Assembly (NCBI GenBank): GCA_964016885.1
Contig: OZ024748.1
Coordinates: 40,424,001 to 40,488,000 of the forward strand
Origin: Eledone cirrhosa
Taxonomy: Eukaryota
Direction: 5' to 3'
DNA: 64,000 nucleotides
The notes below the pieces were generated by a model, which did no database searches, was not told where the DNA came from, and was given only the letters and a program-made list of their open reading frames with translations. Below, one piece after another: positions 16,371 to 33,700 of this stretch (within the stretch, counting starts at the first letter, position 1; each line of letters begins with the position of its first letter). A program made the translations under genes and the position numbers.

Positions 16371-19300
16371 TATAGACCATACATATAGATCTTGTGTATA
16401 GACCATACATATAGATCTTGTATAGACCATACATATAGATCTTGTGTATAGACCATACATATAGATCTTGTATAGACCATACATATAGATCTTGTGTATA
16501 GACCATACATATAGATCTTGCGTATAGACCATACATATAGATATTGTATATAGACCACACATATAGATATTGTGTATAAACCATACATATACATCTTGTA
16601 AAGACCACACATATAGATCTTGTATAGACCATACATATAGATCTTGTATATAGACCATACATATAGATCTTGTATAGACTATACATATAGATCTTGTATA
16701 TAGACCATACATATAGATCTTGTATAGACCATACATATAGATCTTGTATAGACCATACATATAGATCTTGTATAAACCATACATATAGATCTTGTATAGA
16801 CCATACATATAGATCTTGTATATAGACCATACATATAGATCTTGTATAGACCATACATATAGATATTGTATATAGACCATACATATAGATCTTGTATAGA
16901 CCATACATATAGATCTTGTATATAGACCATACATATAGATCTTGTATAGACCATACATATAGATCTTGTATAGACCATACATATAGATCTTGTATATAGA
17001 CCATACATATAGATCTTGTATAGACCATACATATAGATCTTGTGTATAGACCACACATATAGATCTTGTATATAGACCATACATATAGATCTTGTGTAGA
17101 CCATACATATAGATCTTGTGTATAGACCATACATATAGATCTTGTGTATAGACCATACATATAGATCTTGTATAGACCATACATATAGATCTTGTATAGA
17201 CCACACATATAGATCTTGTATAGACCACACATATAGATATTGTATATAGACCATACATATAGATCTTGTATAGACCATACATATAGATCTTGTATAGACC
17301 ATACATATAGATCTTGTATAGACCACACATATAGATCTTGTATATAGACCATATATATAGATGTTGTATAGACCACACATATAGATCTTGTATAGACCAT
17401 ACATATAGATCTTGTGTATAGACCATACATATAGATCTTGTATAGACCATACATATAGATCTTGTGTATAGACCGTACATATAGATCTTGTATATAGACC
17501 ATAGATATAGATCTTGTATAGACCATACATATAGATATTGTATAGACCATACATATAGATCTTGTATATAGACCATACATATAGATCTTGTATAGAGCAC
17601 ACATATAGATATTGTGTAGACCACACATATACATCTTGTATAGACCATACATATAGATCTTGTATAGACCACACATATAGATCTTGTATAGACCATACAT
17701 ATAGATCTTGTATATAGACCATACATATAGATCTTGTATAGACCATACATATAGATCTTGTGTATAGACCATACATATACATCTTGTATAGACCATACAT
17801 ATAGATCTTGTATAGACCATACATATAGATCTTGTATAGACCACACATATAGATCTTGTATAGACCATACATATAGATCTTGTGTATAGACCATACATAT
17901 AGATCTTGTATAGACCATACATATAGATCTTGTGTATAGACCGTACATATAGATCTTGTATATAGACCATAGATATAGATCTTGTATAGACCATACATAT
18001 AGATATTGTATAGACCATACATATAGATCTTGTATATAGACCATACATATAGATCTTGTATAGACCACACATATAGATATTGTGTAGACCACACATATAG
18101 ATATTGTATAGACCATACATATAGATCTTGTATATAGACCACACATATAGATATTGTATAGACCATGCATATAGATCTTGTATAGACCATACATATAGAT
18201 CTTGTATATAGACCACACATATAGATCTTGTATAGACCATACATATAGATCTTGTATAGACCATACATACAGATCTTGTATAGACAATACATATAGATCT
18301 TATATAGACCACACATATAGATCTTGTATATAGACCACACATATAGATCTTGTATAGACCATACATATAGATCTTGTATAGACCATACATATAGATCTTG
18401 TGTATAGACCATACATATAGATCTTGTGTATAGACCACACATATAGATCTTGTATAGACCATACATGTAGATCTTGTATATAGACCACACATATAGATCT
18501 TGTGTATAGACCATACATATAGATCTTGTGTAGACCACACATATAGATCTTGTATAGACAATACATATAGATCTTGTATATAGACCACACATATAGATCT
18601 TGTGTATAGACCATACATATAGATCTTGTGTATAGACCATACATATAGATATTGTGTAGACCACACATATAGATCTTGTATATAGACGACACATATAGAT
18701 CTTGTATAGACCATACATATAGATCTTGTATAGACCATACATATAGATCTTGTGTATAGACCACACATATAGATCTTGTATATAGACCATACATATAGAT
18801 CTTGTGTAGACCATACATATAGATCTTGTGTATAGACCATACATATAGATCTTGTGTATAGACCATACATATAGATCTTGTATAGACCATACATATAGAT
18901 CTTGTATAGACCACACATATAGATCTTGTATAGACCACACATATAGATATTGTATATAGACCATACATATAGATCTTGTATAGACCATACATATAGATAT
19001 TGTATAGACCATACATATAGATCTTGTATAGACCGCACATATAGATCTTGTATATAGACCATATATATAGATCTTGTATAGACCATACATATAGATCTTG
19101 TATAGACCACACATATAGATCTTGTATATAGACCATACATATAGATCTTGTATAGACCATACATATAGATCTTGTGTATAGACCATACATATACATCTTG
19201 TATAGACCATACATATAGATCTTGTACAGACCACACATATAGATCTTGTATAGACCATACATATAGATCTTGTGTATAGACCATACATATAGATCTTGTA

Positions 19301-22300
19301 TAGACCATACATATAGATCTTGTGTATAGACCATACATATAGATCTTGTATAGACCATACATATAGATCTTGTGTATAGACCATACATATAGATCTTGCG
19401 TATAGACCATACATATAGATATTGTATATAGACCACACATGTAGATATTGTGTATAAACCATACATATACATCTTGTATAGACCACACATATAGATCTTG
19501 TATAGACCATACATATAGATCTTGTATATAGACCATACATATAGATCTTGTATAGACTATACATATAGATCTTGTATATAGACCATACATATAGATCTTG
19601 TATAGACCATACATATAGATCTTGTATAGACCATACATATAGATCTTGTATAAACCATACATATAGATCTTGTATAGACCATACATATAGATCTTGTATA
19701 TAGACCATACATATAGATCTTGTATAGACCATACATATAGATATTGTATATAGACCATACATATAGATCTTGTATAGACCATACATATAGATCTTGTATA
19801 TAGACCATACATATAGATCTTGTATAGACCATACATATAGATCTTGTATAGACCATACATATAGATCTTGTATATAGACCATACATATAGATCTTGTATA
19901 GACCATACATATAGATCTTGTGTATAGACCACACATATAGATCTTGTATATAGACCATACATATAGATCTTGTGTAGACCATACATATAGATCTTGTGTA
20001 TAGACCATACATATAGATCTTGTGTATAGACCATACATATAGATCTTGTATAGACCATACATATAGATCTTGTATAGACCACACATATAGATCTTGTATA
20101 GACCACACATATAGATATTGTATATAGACCATACATATAGATCTTGTATAGACCATACATATAGATCTTGTATAGACCATACATATAGATCTTGTATAGA
20201 CCACACATATAGATCTTGTATATAGACCATATATATAGATCTTGTATAGACCATACATATAGATCTTGTATAGACCACACATATAGATCTTGTATATAGA
20301 CCATACATATAGATCTTGTATAGACCATACATATAGATCTTGTGTATAGACCATACATATACATCTTGTATAGAGCATACATATAGATCTTGTATAGACC
20401 ATACATATAGATCTTTTATAGACCACACATATAGATCTTGTATAGACCATACATATAGATCTTGTGTATAGACCATACATATAGATCTTGTATAGACCAT
20501 ACATATAGATCTTGTGTATAGACCATACATATAGATCTTGTATATAGACCATAGATATAGATCTTGTATAGACCATACATATAGATATTGTATAGACCAT
20601 ACATATAGACCTTGTATATAGACCATACATATAGATCTTGTATAGAGCACACATATAGATATTGTGTAGACCACACATATAGATATTGTATAGACCATAC
20701 ATATAGATCTTGTATATAGACCACACATATAGATATTGTATAGACCATGCATATAGATCTTGTATAGACCATACATATAGATCTTGTATATAGACCACAC
20801 ATATAGATATTGTATAGACCATGCATATAGATCTTGTATAGACCATACATATAGATCTTGTATATAGACCACACATATAGATCTTGTATAGACCATACAT
20901 ATAGATCTTGTATAGACCATACATATAGATCTTGTATAGACAATACATATAGATCTTATATAGACCACACATATAGATCTTGTATATAGACCACACATAT
21001 AGATCTTGTATAGACCATACATGTAGATCTTGTATATAGACCACACATATAGATCTTGTGTATAGACCATACATATAGATCTTGTGTAGACCACACATAT
21101 AGATCTTGTATAGACAATACATATAGATCTTGTATATAGACCACACATATAGATCTTGTGTATAGACCATACATATAGATCTTGTGTATAGACCATACAT
21201 ATAGATATTGTGTAGACCACACATATAGATCTTGTATATAGACGACACATATAGATCTTGTATAGACCATACATATAGATCTTGTATAGACCATACATAT
21301 AGATCTTGTGTATAGACCACACATATAGATCTTGTATATAGACCATACATATAGATCTTGTGTAGACCATACATATAGACCTTGTGTATAGACCATACAT
21401 ATAGATCTTGTGTATAGACCATACATATAGATCTTGTATAGACCATACATATAGATCTTGTATAGACCACACATATAGATCTTGTATAGACCACACATAT
21501 AGATATTGTATATAGACCATACATATAGATCTTGTATAGACCATACATATAGATATTGTATAGACCATACATATAGATCTTGTATAGACCGCACATATAG
21601 ATCTTGTATATAGACCATATATATAGATCTTGTATAGACCATACATATAGATCTTGTATAGACCACACATATAGATCTTGTATATAGACCATACATATAG
21701 ATCTTGTATAGACCATACATATAGATCTTGTGTATAGACCATACATATACATCTTGTATAGACCATACATATAGATCTTGTATAGACCACACATATAGAT
21801 CTTGTATAGACCATACATATAGATCTTGTGTATAGACCATACATATAGATCTTGTATAGACCATACATATAGATCTTGTGTATAGACCATACATATAGAT
21901 CTTGTATAGACCATACATATAGATCTTGTGTATAGACCATACATATAGATCTTGCGTATAGACCATACATATAGATATTGTATATAGACCACACATGTAG
22001 ATATTGTGTATAAACCATACATATACATCTTGTATAGACCACACATATAGATCTTGTATAGACCATACATATAGATCTTTTATAGACCATACATATAGAT
22101 CTTGTATAGACCATACATATAGATCTTGTATAAACCATACATATAGATCTTGTATAGACCATACATATAGATCTTGTATATAGACCATACATATAGATCT
22201 TGTATAGACCATACATATAGATATTGTATATAGACCATACATATAGATCTTGTATAGACCATACATATAGATCTTGTATATAGACCATACATATAGATCT

Positions 22301-24779
22301 TGTATAGACCATACATATAGATCTTGTATAGACCATACATATAGATCTTGTATATAGACCATACATATAGATCTTGTATAGACCATACATATAGATCTTG
22401 TGTATAGACCACACATATAGATCTTGTATATAGACCATACATATAGATCTTGTGTAGACCATACATATAGATCTTGTGTATAGACCATACATATAGATCT
22501 TGTGTATAGACCATACATATAGATCTTGTATAGACCATACATATAGATCTTGTATAGACCACACATATAGATCTTGTATAGACCACACATATAGATATTG
22601 TATATAGACCATACATATAGATCTTGTATAGACCATACATATAGATCTTGTATAGACCATACATATAGATCTTGTATAGACCACACATATAGATCTTGTA
22701 TATAGACCATATATATAGATCTTGTATAGACCATACATATAGATCTTGTATAGACCACACATATAGATCTTTTATATAGACCATACATATAGATCTTGTA
22801 TAGACCATACATATAGATCTTGTGTATAGACCATACATATACATCTTGTATAGAGCATACATATAGATCTTGTATAGACCATACATATAGATCTTTTATA
22901 GACCACACATATAGATCTTGTATAGACCATACATATAGATCTTGTGTATAGACCATACATATAGATCTTGTATAGACCATACATATAGATCTTGTGTATA
23001 GACCATACATATAGATCTTGTATATAGACCATAGATATAGATCTTGTATAGACCATACATATAGATATTGTATAGACCATACATATAGACCTTGTATATA
23101 GACCATACATATAGATCTTGTATAGAGCACACATATAGATATTGTGTAGACCACACATATAGATATTGTATAGACCATACATATAGATATTGTATATAGA
23201 CCACACATATAGATATTGTATAGACCATGCATATAGATCTTGTATAGACCATACATATAGATCTTGTATATAGACCACACATATAGATCTTGTATAGACC
23301 ATACATATAGATCTTGTATAGACCATACATATAGATCTTGTATAGACAATACATATAGATCTTATATAGACCACACATATAGATCTTGTATATAGACCAC
23401 ACATATAGATCTTGTATAGACCATACATATAGATCTTGTATAGACCATACATATAGATCTTGTATATAGACCACACATATAGATCTTGTATAGACCATAC
23501 ATATAGATCTTGTATAGACCATATATATAGATCTTGTATAGACAATACATATAGATCTTATATAGACCACACATATAGATCTTGTATATAGACCACACAT
23601 ATAGATCTTGTATAGACCATACATGTAGATCTTGTATATAGACCACACATATAGATCTTGTGTATAGACCATACATATAGATCTTGTGTAGACCACACAT
23701 ATAGATCTTGTATAGACAATACATATAGATCTTGTATATAGACCACACATATAGATCTTGTGTATAGACCATACATATAGATCTTGTGTATAGACCATAC
23801 ATATAGATATTGTGTAGACCACACATATAGATCTTGTATATAGACGACACATATAGATCTTGTATAGACCATGCATATAGATCTTGTATAGACCATACAT
23901 ATAGATCTTGTGTATAGACCACACATATAGATCTTGTATATAGACCATACATATAGATCTTGTGTAGACCATACATATAGATCTTGTGTATAGACCATAC
24001 ATATAGATCTTGTGTATAGACCATACATATAGATCTTGTATAGACCATACATATAGATCTTGTATAGACCACACATATAGATCTTGTATAGACCACACAT
24101 ATAGATATTGTATATAGACCATACATATAGATCTTGTATAGACCATACATATAGATATTGTATAGACCATACATATAGATCTTGTATAGACCGCACATAT
24201 AGATCTTGTATATAGACCATATATATAGATCTTGTATAGACCATACATATAGATCTTGTATAGACCACACATATAGATCTTGTATATAGACCATACATAT
24301 AGATCTTGTATAGACCATACATATAGATCTTGTGTATAGACCATACATATACATCTTGTATAGACCATACATATAGATCTTGTATAGACCACACATATAG
24401 ATCTTGTATAGACCATACATATAGATCTTGTGTATAGACCATACATATAGATCTTGTATAGACCATACATATAGATCTTGTGTATAGACCATACATATAG
24501 ATCTTGTATAGACCATACATATAGATCTTGTGTATAGACCATACATATAGATCTTGCGTATAGACCATACATATAGATATTGTATATAGACCACACATGT
24601 AGATATTGTGTATAAACCATACATATACATCTTGTATAGACCACACATATAGATCTTGTATAGACCATACATATAGATCTTGTATATAGACCATACATAT
24701 AGATCTTGTATAGACTATACATATAGATCTTGTATATAGACCATACATATAGATCTTGTATAGACCATACATATAGATC

Positions 24780-27700
24780 TTGTATAGACCATACATATAG
24801 ATCTTGTATAAACCATACATATAGATCTTGTATAGACCATACATATAGATCTTGTATATAGACCATACATATAGATCTTGTATAGACCATACATATAGAT
24901 ATTGTATATAGACCATACATATAGATCTTGTATAGACCATACATATAGATCTTGTATATAGACCATACATATAGATCTTGTATAGACCATACATATAGAT
25001 CTTGTATAGACCATACATATAGATCTTGTATATAGACCATACATATAGATCTTGTATAGACCATACATATAGATCTTGTGTATAGACCACACATATAGAT
25101 CTTGTATATAGACCATACATATAGATCTTGTGTAGACCATACATATAGATCTTGTGTATAGACCATACATATAGATCTTGTGTATAGACCATACATATAG
25201 ATCTTGTATAGACCATACATATAGATCTTGTATAGACCACACATATAGATCTTGTATAGACCACACATATAGATATTGTATATAGACCATACATATAGAT
25301 CTTGTATAGACCATACATATAGATCTTGTATAGACCATACATATAGATCTTGTATAGACCACACATATAGATCTTGTATATAGACCATATATATAGATCT
25401 TGTATAGACCATACATATAGATCTTGTATAGACCACACATATAGATCTTTTATATAGACCATACATATAGATCTTGTATAGACCATACATATAGATCTTG
25501 TGTATAGACCATACATATACATCTTGTATAGAGCATACATATAGATCTTGTATAGACCATACATATAGATCTTTTATAGACCACACATATAGATCTTGTA
25601 TAGACCATACATATAGATCTTGTGTATAGACCATACATATAGATCTTGTATAGACCATACATATAGATCTTGTGTATAGACCATACATATAGATCTTGTA
25701 TATAGACCATAGATATAGATCTTGTATAGACCATACATATAGATATTGTATAGACCATACATATAGACCTTGTATATAGACCATACATATAGATCTTGTA
25801 TAGAGCACACATATAGATATTGTGTAGACCACACATATAGATATTGTATAGACCATACATATAGATCTTGTATATAGACCACACATATAGATATTGTATA
25901 GACCATGCATATAGATCTTGTATAGACCATACATATAGATCTTGTATATAGACCACACATATAGATCTTGTATAGACCATACATATAGATCTTGTATAGA
26001 CCATACATATAGATCTTGTATAGACAATACATATAGATCTTATATAGACCACACATATAGATCTTGTATATAGACCACACATATAGATCTTGTATAGACC
26101 ATACATATAGATCTTGTATAGACCATACATATAGATCTTGTGTATAGACCATACATATAGATCTTGTGTATAGACCACACATATAGATCTTGTATAGACC
26201 ATACATGTAGATCTTGTATATAGACCACACATATAGATCTTGTGTATAGACCATACATATAGATCTTGTGTAGACCACACATATAGATCTTGTATAGACA
26301 ATACATATAGATTTTGTATATAGACCACACATATAGATCTTGTGTATAGACCATACATATAGATCTTGTGTATAGACCATACATATAGATCTTGTGTAGA
26401 CCACACATATAGATCTTGTATAGACAATACATATAGATCTTGTATATAGACCACACATATAGATCTTGTGTATAGACCATACATATAGATCTTGTGTATA
26501 GACCATACATATAGATATTCTGTAGACCACACATATAGATCTTGTATATAGACGACACATATAGATCTTGTATAGACCATACATATAGATCTTGTATAGA
26601 CCATACATATAGATCTTGTGTATAGACCACACATATAGATCTTGTATATAGACCATACATATAGATCTTGTGTAGACCATACATATAGATCTTGTGTATA
26701 GACAATACATATAGATCTTGTGTATAGACCATACATATAGATCTTGTATAGACCATACATATAGATCTTGTATAGACCACACATATAGATCTTGTATAGA
26801 CCACACATATAGATATTGTATATAGACCATACATATAGATCTTGTATAGACCATACATATAGATATTGTATAGACCATACATATAGATCTTGTATAGACC
26901 ACACATATAGATCTTGTATATAGACCATACATATAGATCTTGTATAGACCATACATATAGATCTTGTGTATAGACCATACATATACATCTTGTATAGACC
27001 ATACATATAGATCTTGTATAGACCACACATATAGATCTTGTATAGACCATACATATAGATCTTGTGTATAGACCATACATATAGATCTTGTATAGACCAT
27101 ACATATAGATCTTGTGTATAGACCATACATATAGATCTTGTATAGACCATACATATAGATCTTGTGTATAGACCATACATATAGATCTTGCGTATAGACC
27201 ATACATATAGATATTGTATATAGACCACACATATAGATATTGTGTATAAACCATACATATACATCTTGTATAGACCACACATATAGATCTTGTATAGACC
27301 ATACATATAGATCTTGTATATAGACCATACATATAGATCTTGTATAGACTATACATATAGATCTTGTATATAGACCATACATATAGATCTTGTAGAGACC
27401 ATACATATAGATCTTGTATAGACCATACATATAGATCTTGTATAAACCATACATATAGATCTTGTATAGACCATACATATAGATCTTGTATAGACCACAC
27501 ATATAGATCTTGTATATAGACCATACATATAAATCTTGTATAGACGATACATATAGATCTTGTGTATAGACCATACATATACATCTTGTATAGACCATAC
27601 ATATAGATCTTGTATAGACCACACATATAGATCTTGTATAGACCATACATATAGATCTTGTGTATAGACCATACATATAGATCTTGTATAGACCAACATA

Positions 27701-30700
27701 TAGATCTTGTGTATAGACCATACATATAGATCTTGTATAGACCATACATATAGATCTTGTGTATAGACCATACATATAGATCTTGCGTATAGACCATACA
27801 TATAGATATTGTATATAGACCACACATATAGATATTGTGTATAAACCATACATATACATCTTGTATAGACCACACATATAGATCTTGTATAGACCATACA
27901 TATAGATCTTGTATATAGACCATACATATAGATCTTGTATAGACTATACATATAGATCTTGTATATAGACCATACATATAGATCTTGTATAGACCATACA
28001 TATAGATCTTGTATAGACCATACATATAGATCTTGTATAAACCATACATATAGATCTTGTATAGACCATACATATAGATCTTGTATAGACCATACATATA
28101 GATCTTGTATAGACCATACATATAGATCTTGTATATAGACCATACATATAGATCTTGTATAGACCATACATATAGATCTTGTGTATAGACCACACATATA
28201 GATCTTGTATATAGACCATACATATAGATCTTGTGTAGGCCATACATATAGATCTTGTGTATAGACCATACATATAGATCTTGTGTATAGACCATACATA
28301 TAGATCTTGTATAGACCATACATATAGATCTTGTATAGACAACACATATAGATCTTGTATAGACCACACATATAGATATTGTATATAGACCATACATATA
28401 GATCTTGTATAGAGCATACATATAGATCTTGTATAGACCATACATATAGATCTTGTATAGACCACACATATAGATCTTGTATATAGACCATATATATAGA
28501 TCTTGTATAGACTATACATATAGATCTTGTATAGACCATACATATAGATCTTGTGTATAGACCATACATATACATCTTGTATAGACCATACATATAGATC
28601 TTGTATAGACCATACATATAGATCTTGTATAGACCACACATATAGATCTTGTATAGACCATACATATAGATCTTGTGTATAGACCATACATATAGATCTT
28701 GTATAGACCATACATATAGATCTTGTGTATAGACCATACATATAGATCTTGTATATAGACCATAGATATAGATCTTGTATAGACCATACATATAGATATT
28801 GTATAGACCATACATATAGATCTTGTATATAGACCATACATATAGATCTTGTATAGAGCACACATATAGATATTGTATAGACCATACATATAGATCTTGT
28901 ATATAGACCACACATATAGATATTGTATAGACCATGCATATAGATCTTGTATAGACCATACATATAGATCTTGTATATAGACCACACATATAGATCTTGT
29001 ATAGACCATACATATAGATCTTGTATAGACCATACATATAGATCTTGTATAGACAATACATATAGATCTTATATAGACCACACATATAGATCTTGTATAT
29101 AGACCACACATATAGATCTTGTATAGACCATACATATAGATCTTGTATAGACCATACATATAGATCTTGTGTATAGACCATACATATAGATCTTGTGTAT
29201 AGACCACACATATAGATCTTGTATAGACCATACATGTAGATCTTGTATATAGACCACACATATAGATCTTGTGTATAGACCATACATATAGATCTTGTGT
29301 AGACCACACATATAGATCTTGTATAGACAATACATATAGATCTTGTATATAGACCACACATATAGATCTTGTGTATAGACCATACATATAGATCTTGTGT
29401 ATAGACCATACATATAGATATTGTGTAGACCACACATATAGATCTTGTATATAGACGACACATATAGATCTTGTATAGACCATACATATAGATCTTGTAT
29501 AGACCATACATATAGATCTTGTGTATAGACCACACATATAGATCTTGTATATAGACCATACATATAGATCTTGTGTAGACCATACATATAGATCTTGTGT
29601 ATAGACCATATATATAGATCTTGTGTATAGACCATACATATAGATATTGTATAGACCATACATATAGATCTTGTATAGACCACACATATAGATCTTGTAT
29701 AGACCACACATATCGATATTGTATATAGACCATACATATAGAGCTTGTATAGACCATACATATAGATATTGTATAGACCATACATATAGATCTTGTATAG
29801 ACCACACATATAGATCTTGTATATAGACCATATATATAGATCTTGTATAGACCATACATATAGATCTTGTATAGACCACACATATAGATCTTGTATATAG
29901 ACCATACATATAGATCTTGTATAGACCATACATATAGATCTTGTGTATAGACCATACATATACATCTTGTATAGACCATACATATAGATCTTGTATAGAC
30001 CACACATATAGATCTTGTATAGACCATACATATAGATCTTGTGTATAGACCATACATATAGATCTTGTATAGACCATACATATAGATCTTGTATAAACCA
30101 TACATATAGATCTTGTATAGACCATACATATAGATCTTGTATATAGACCATACATATAGATCTTGTATAGACCATACATATAGATATTGTATATAGACCA
30201 TACATATAGATCTTGTATAGACCATACATATAGATCTTGTATATAGACCATACATATAGATCTTGTATAGACCATACATATAGATCTTGTATAGACCATA
30301 CATATAGATCTTGTATATAGACCATACATATAGATCTTGTATAGACCATACATATAGATCTTGTGTATAGACCACACATATAGATCTTGTATATAGACCA
30401 TACATATAGATCTTGTGTAGACCATACATATAGATCTTGTGTATAGACCATACATATAGATCTTGTGTATAGACCATACATATAGATCTTGTATAGACCA
30501 TACATATAGATCTTGTATAGACCACACATATAGATCTTGTATAGACCACACATATAGATATTGTATATAGACCATACATATAGATCTTGTATAGACCATA
30601 CATATAGATCTTGTATAGACCATACATATAGATCTTGTATAGACCACACATATAGATCTTGTATATAGACCATATATATAGATCTTGTATAGACCATACA

Positions 30701-33700
30701 TATAGATCTTGTATAGACCACACATATAGATCTTTTATATAGACCATACATATAGATCTTGTATAGACCATACATATAGATCTTGTGTATAGACCATACA
30801 TATACATCTTGTATAGAGCATACATATAGATCTTGTATAGACCATACATATAGATCTTTTATAGACCACACATATAGATCTTGTATAGACCATACATATA
30901 GATCTTGTGTATAGACCATACATATAGATCTTGTATAGACCATACATATAGATCTTGTGTATAGACCATACATATAGATCTTGTATATAGACCATAGATA
31001 TAGATCTTGTATAGACCATACATATAGATATTGTATAGACCATACATATAGACCTTGTATATAGACCATACATATAGATCTTGTATAGAGCACACATATA
31101 GATATTGTGTAGACCACACATATAGATATTGTATAGACCATACATATAGATCTTGTATATAGACCACACATATAGATATTGTATAGACCATGCATATAGA
31201 TCTTGTATAGACCATACATATAGATCTTGTATATAGACCACACATATAGATCTTGTATAGACCATACATATAGATCTTGTATAGACCATACATATAGATC
31301 TTGTATAGACAATACATATAGATCTTATATAGACCACACATATAGATCTTGTATATAGACCACACATATAGATCTTGTATAGACCATACATATAGATCTT
31401 GTATAGACCATACATATAGATCTTGTGTATAGACCATACATATAGATCTTGTGTATAGACCACACATATAGATCTTGTATAGACCATACATGTAGATCTT
31501 GTATATAGACCACACATATAGATCTTGTGTATAGACCATACATATAGATCTTGTGTAGACCACACATATAGATCTTGTATAGACAATACATATAGATTTT
31601 GTATATAGACCACACATATAGATCTTGTGTATAGACCATACATATAGATCTTGTGTATAGACCATACATATAGATCTTGTGTAGACCACACATATAGATC
31701 TTGTATAGACAATACATATAGATCTTGTATATAGACCACACATATAGATCTTGTGTATAGACCATACATATAGATCTTGTGTATAGACCATACATATAGA
31801 TATTCTGTAGACCACACATATAGATCTTGTATATAGACGACACATATAGATCTTGTATAGACCATACATATAGATCTTGTATAGACCATACATATAGATC
31901 TTGTGTATAGACCACACATATAGATCTTGTATATAGACCATACATATAGATCTTGTGTAGACCATACATATAGATCTTGTGTATAGACAATACATATAGA
32001 TCTTGTGTATAGACCATACATATAGATCTTGTATAGACCATACATATAGATCTTGTATAGACCACACATATAGATCTTGTATAGACCACACATATAGATA
32101 TTGTATATAGACCATACATATAGATCTTGTATAGACCATACATATAGATATTGTATAGACCATACATATAGATCTTGTATAGACCACACATATAGATCTT
32201 GTATATAGACCATACATATAGATCTTGTATAGACCATACATATAGATCTTGTGTATAGACCATACATATACATCTTGTATAGACCATACATATAGATCTT
32301 GTATAGACCACACATATAGATCTTGTATAGACCATACATATAGATCTTGTGTATAGACCATACATATAGATCTTGTATAGACCATACATATAGATCTTGT
32401 GTATAGACCATACATATAGATCTTGTATAGACCATACATATAGATCTTGTGTATAGACCATACATATAGATCTTGCGTATAGACCATACATATAGATATT
32501 GTATATAGACCACACATATAGATATTGTGTATAAACCATACATATACATCTTGTATAGACCACACATATAGATCTTGTATAGACCATACATATAGATCTT
32601 GTATATAGACCATACATATAGATCTTGTATAGACTATACATATAGATCTTGTATATAGACCATACATATAGATCTTGTATAGACCATACATATAGATCTT
32701 GTATAAACCATACATATAGATCTTGTATAGACCATACATATAGATCTTGTATAGACCACACATATAGATCTTGTATATAGACCATACATATAAATCTTGT
32801 ATAGACGATACATATAGATCTTGTGTATAGACCATACATATACATCTTGTATAGACCATACATATAGATCTTGTATAGACCACACATATAGATCTTGTAT
32901 AGACCATACATATAGATCTTGTGTATAGACCATACATATAGATCTTGTATAGACCAACATATAGATCTTGTGTATAGACCATACATATAGATCTTGTATA
33001 GACCATACATATAGATCTTGTGTATAGACCATACATATAGATCTTGCGTATAGACCATACATATAGATATTGTATATAGACCACACATATAGATATTGTG
33101 TATAAACCATACATATACATCTTGTATAGACCACACATATAGATCTTGTATAGACCATACATATAGATCTTGTATATAGACCATACATATAGATCTTGTA
33201 TAGACTATACATATAGATCTTGTATATAGACCATACATATAGATCTTGTATAGACCATACATATAGATCTTGTATAGACCATACATATAGATCTTGTATA
33301 AACCATACATATAGATCTTGTATAGACCATACATATAGATCTTGTATAGACCATACATATAGATCTTGTATAGACCATACATATAGATCTTGTATATAGA
33401 CCATACATATAGATCTTGTATAGACCATACATATAGATCTTGTGTATAGACCACACATATAGATCTTGTATATAGACCATACATATAGATCTTGTGTAGG
33501 CCATACATATAGATCTTGTGTATAGACCATACATATAGATCTTGTGTATAGACCATACATATAGATCTTGTATAGACCATACATATAGATCTTGTATAGA
33601 CCACACATATAGATCTTGTATAGACCACACATATAGATATTGTATATAGACCATACATATAGATCTTGTATAGAGCATACATATAGATCTTGTATAGACC

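Larger units (their letters stand above)
1..16400. repeat. Array layer A (14.2-16.4 kb transitional): irregular higher-order structure with its own marker variants
   Basis: Markers seen only here include the 1-bp-deleted GATTTGT (3313, ~5027, 10616, 12685), GACGTCA (~5284, ~7094), GAATTTGT (~5473, 6381, ~6433, ~7283) and CATACTTA (~3453, ~3879, ~10755, ~12824). Confidence 0.7.
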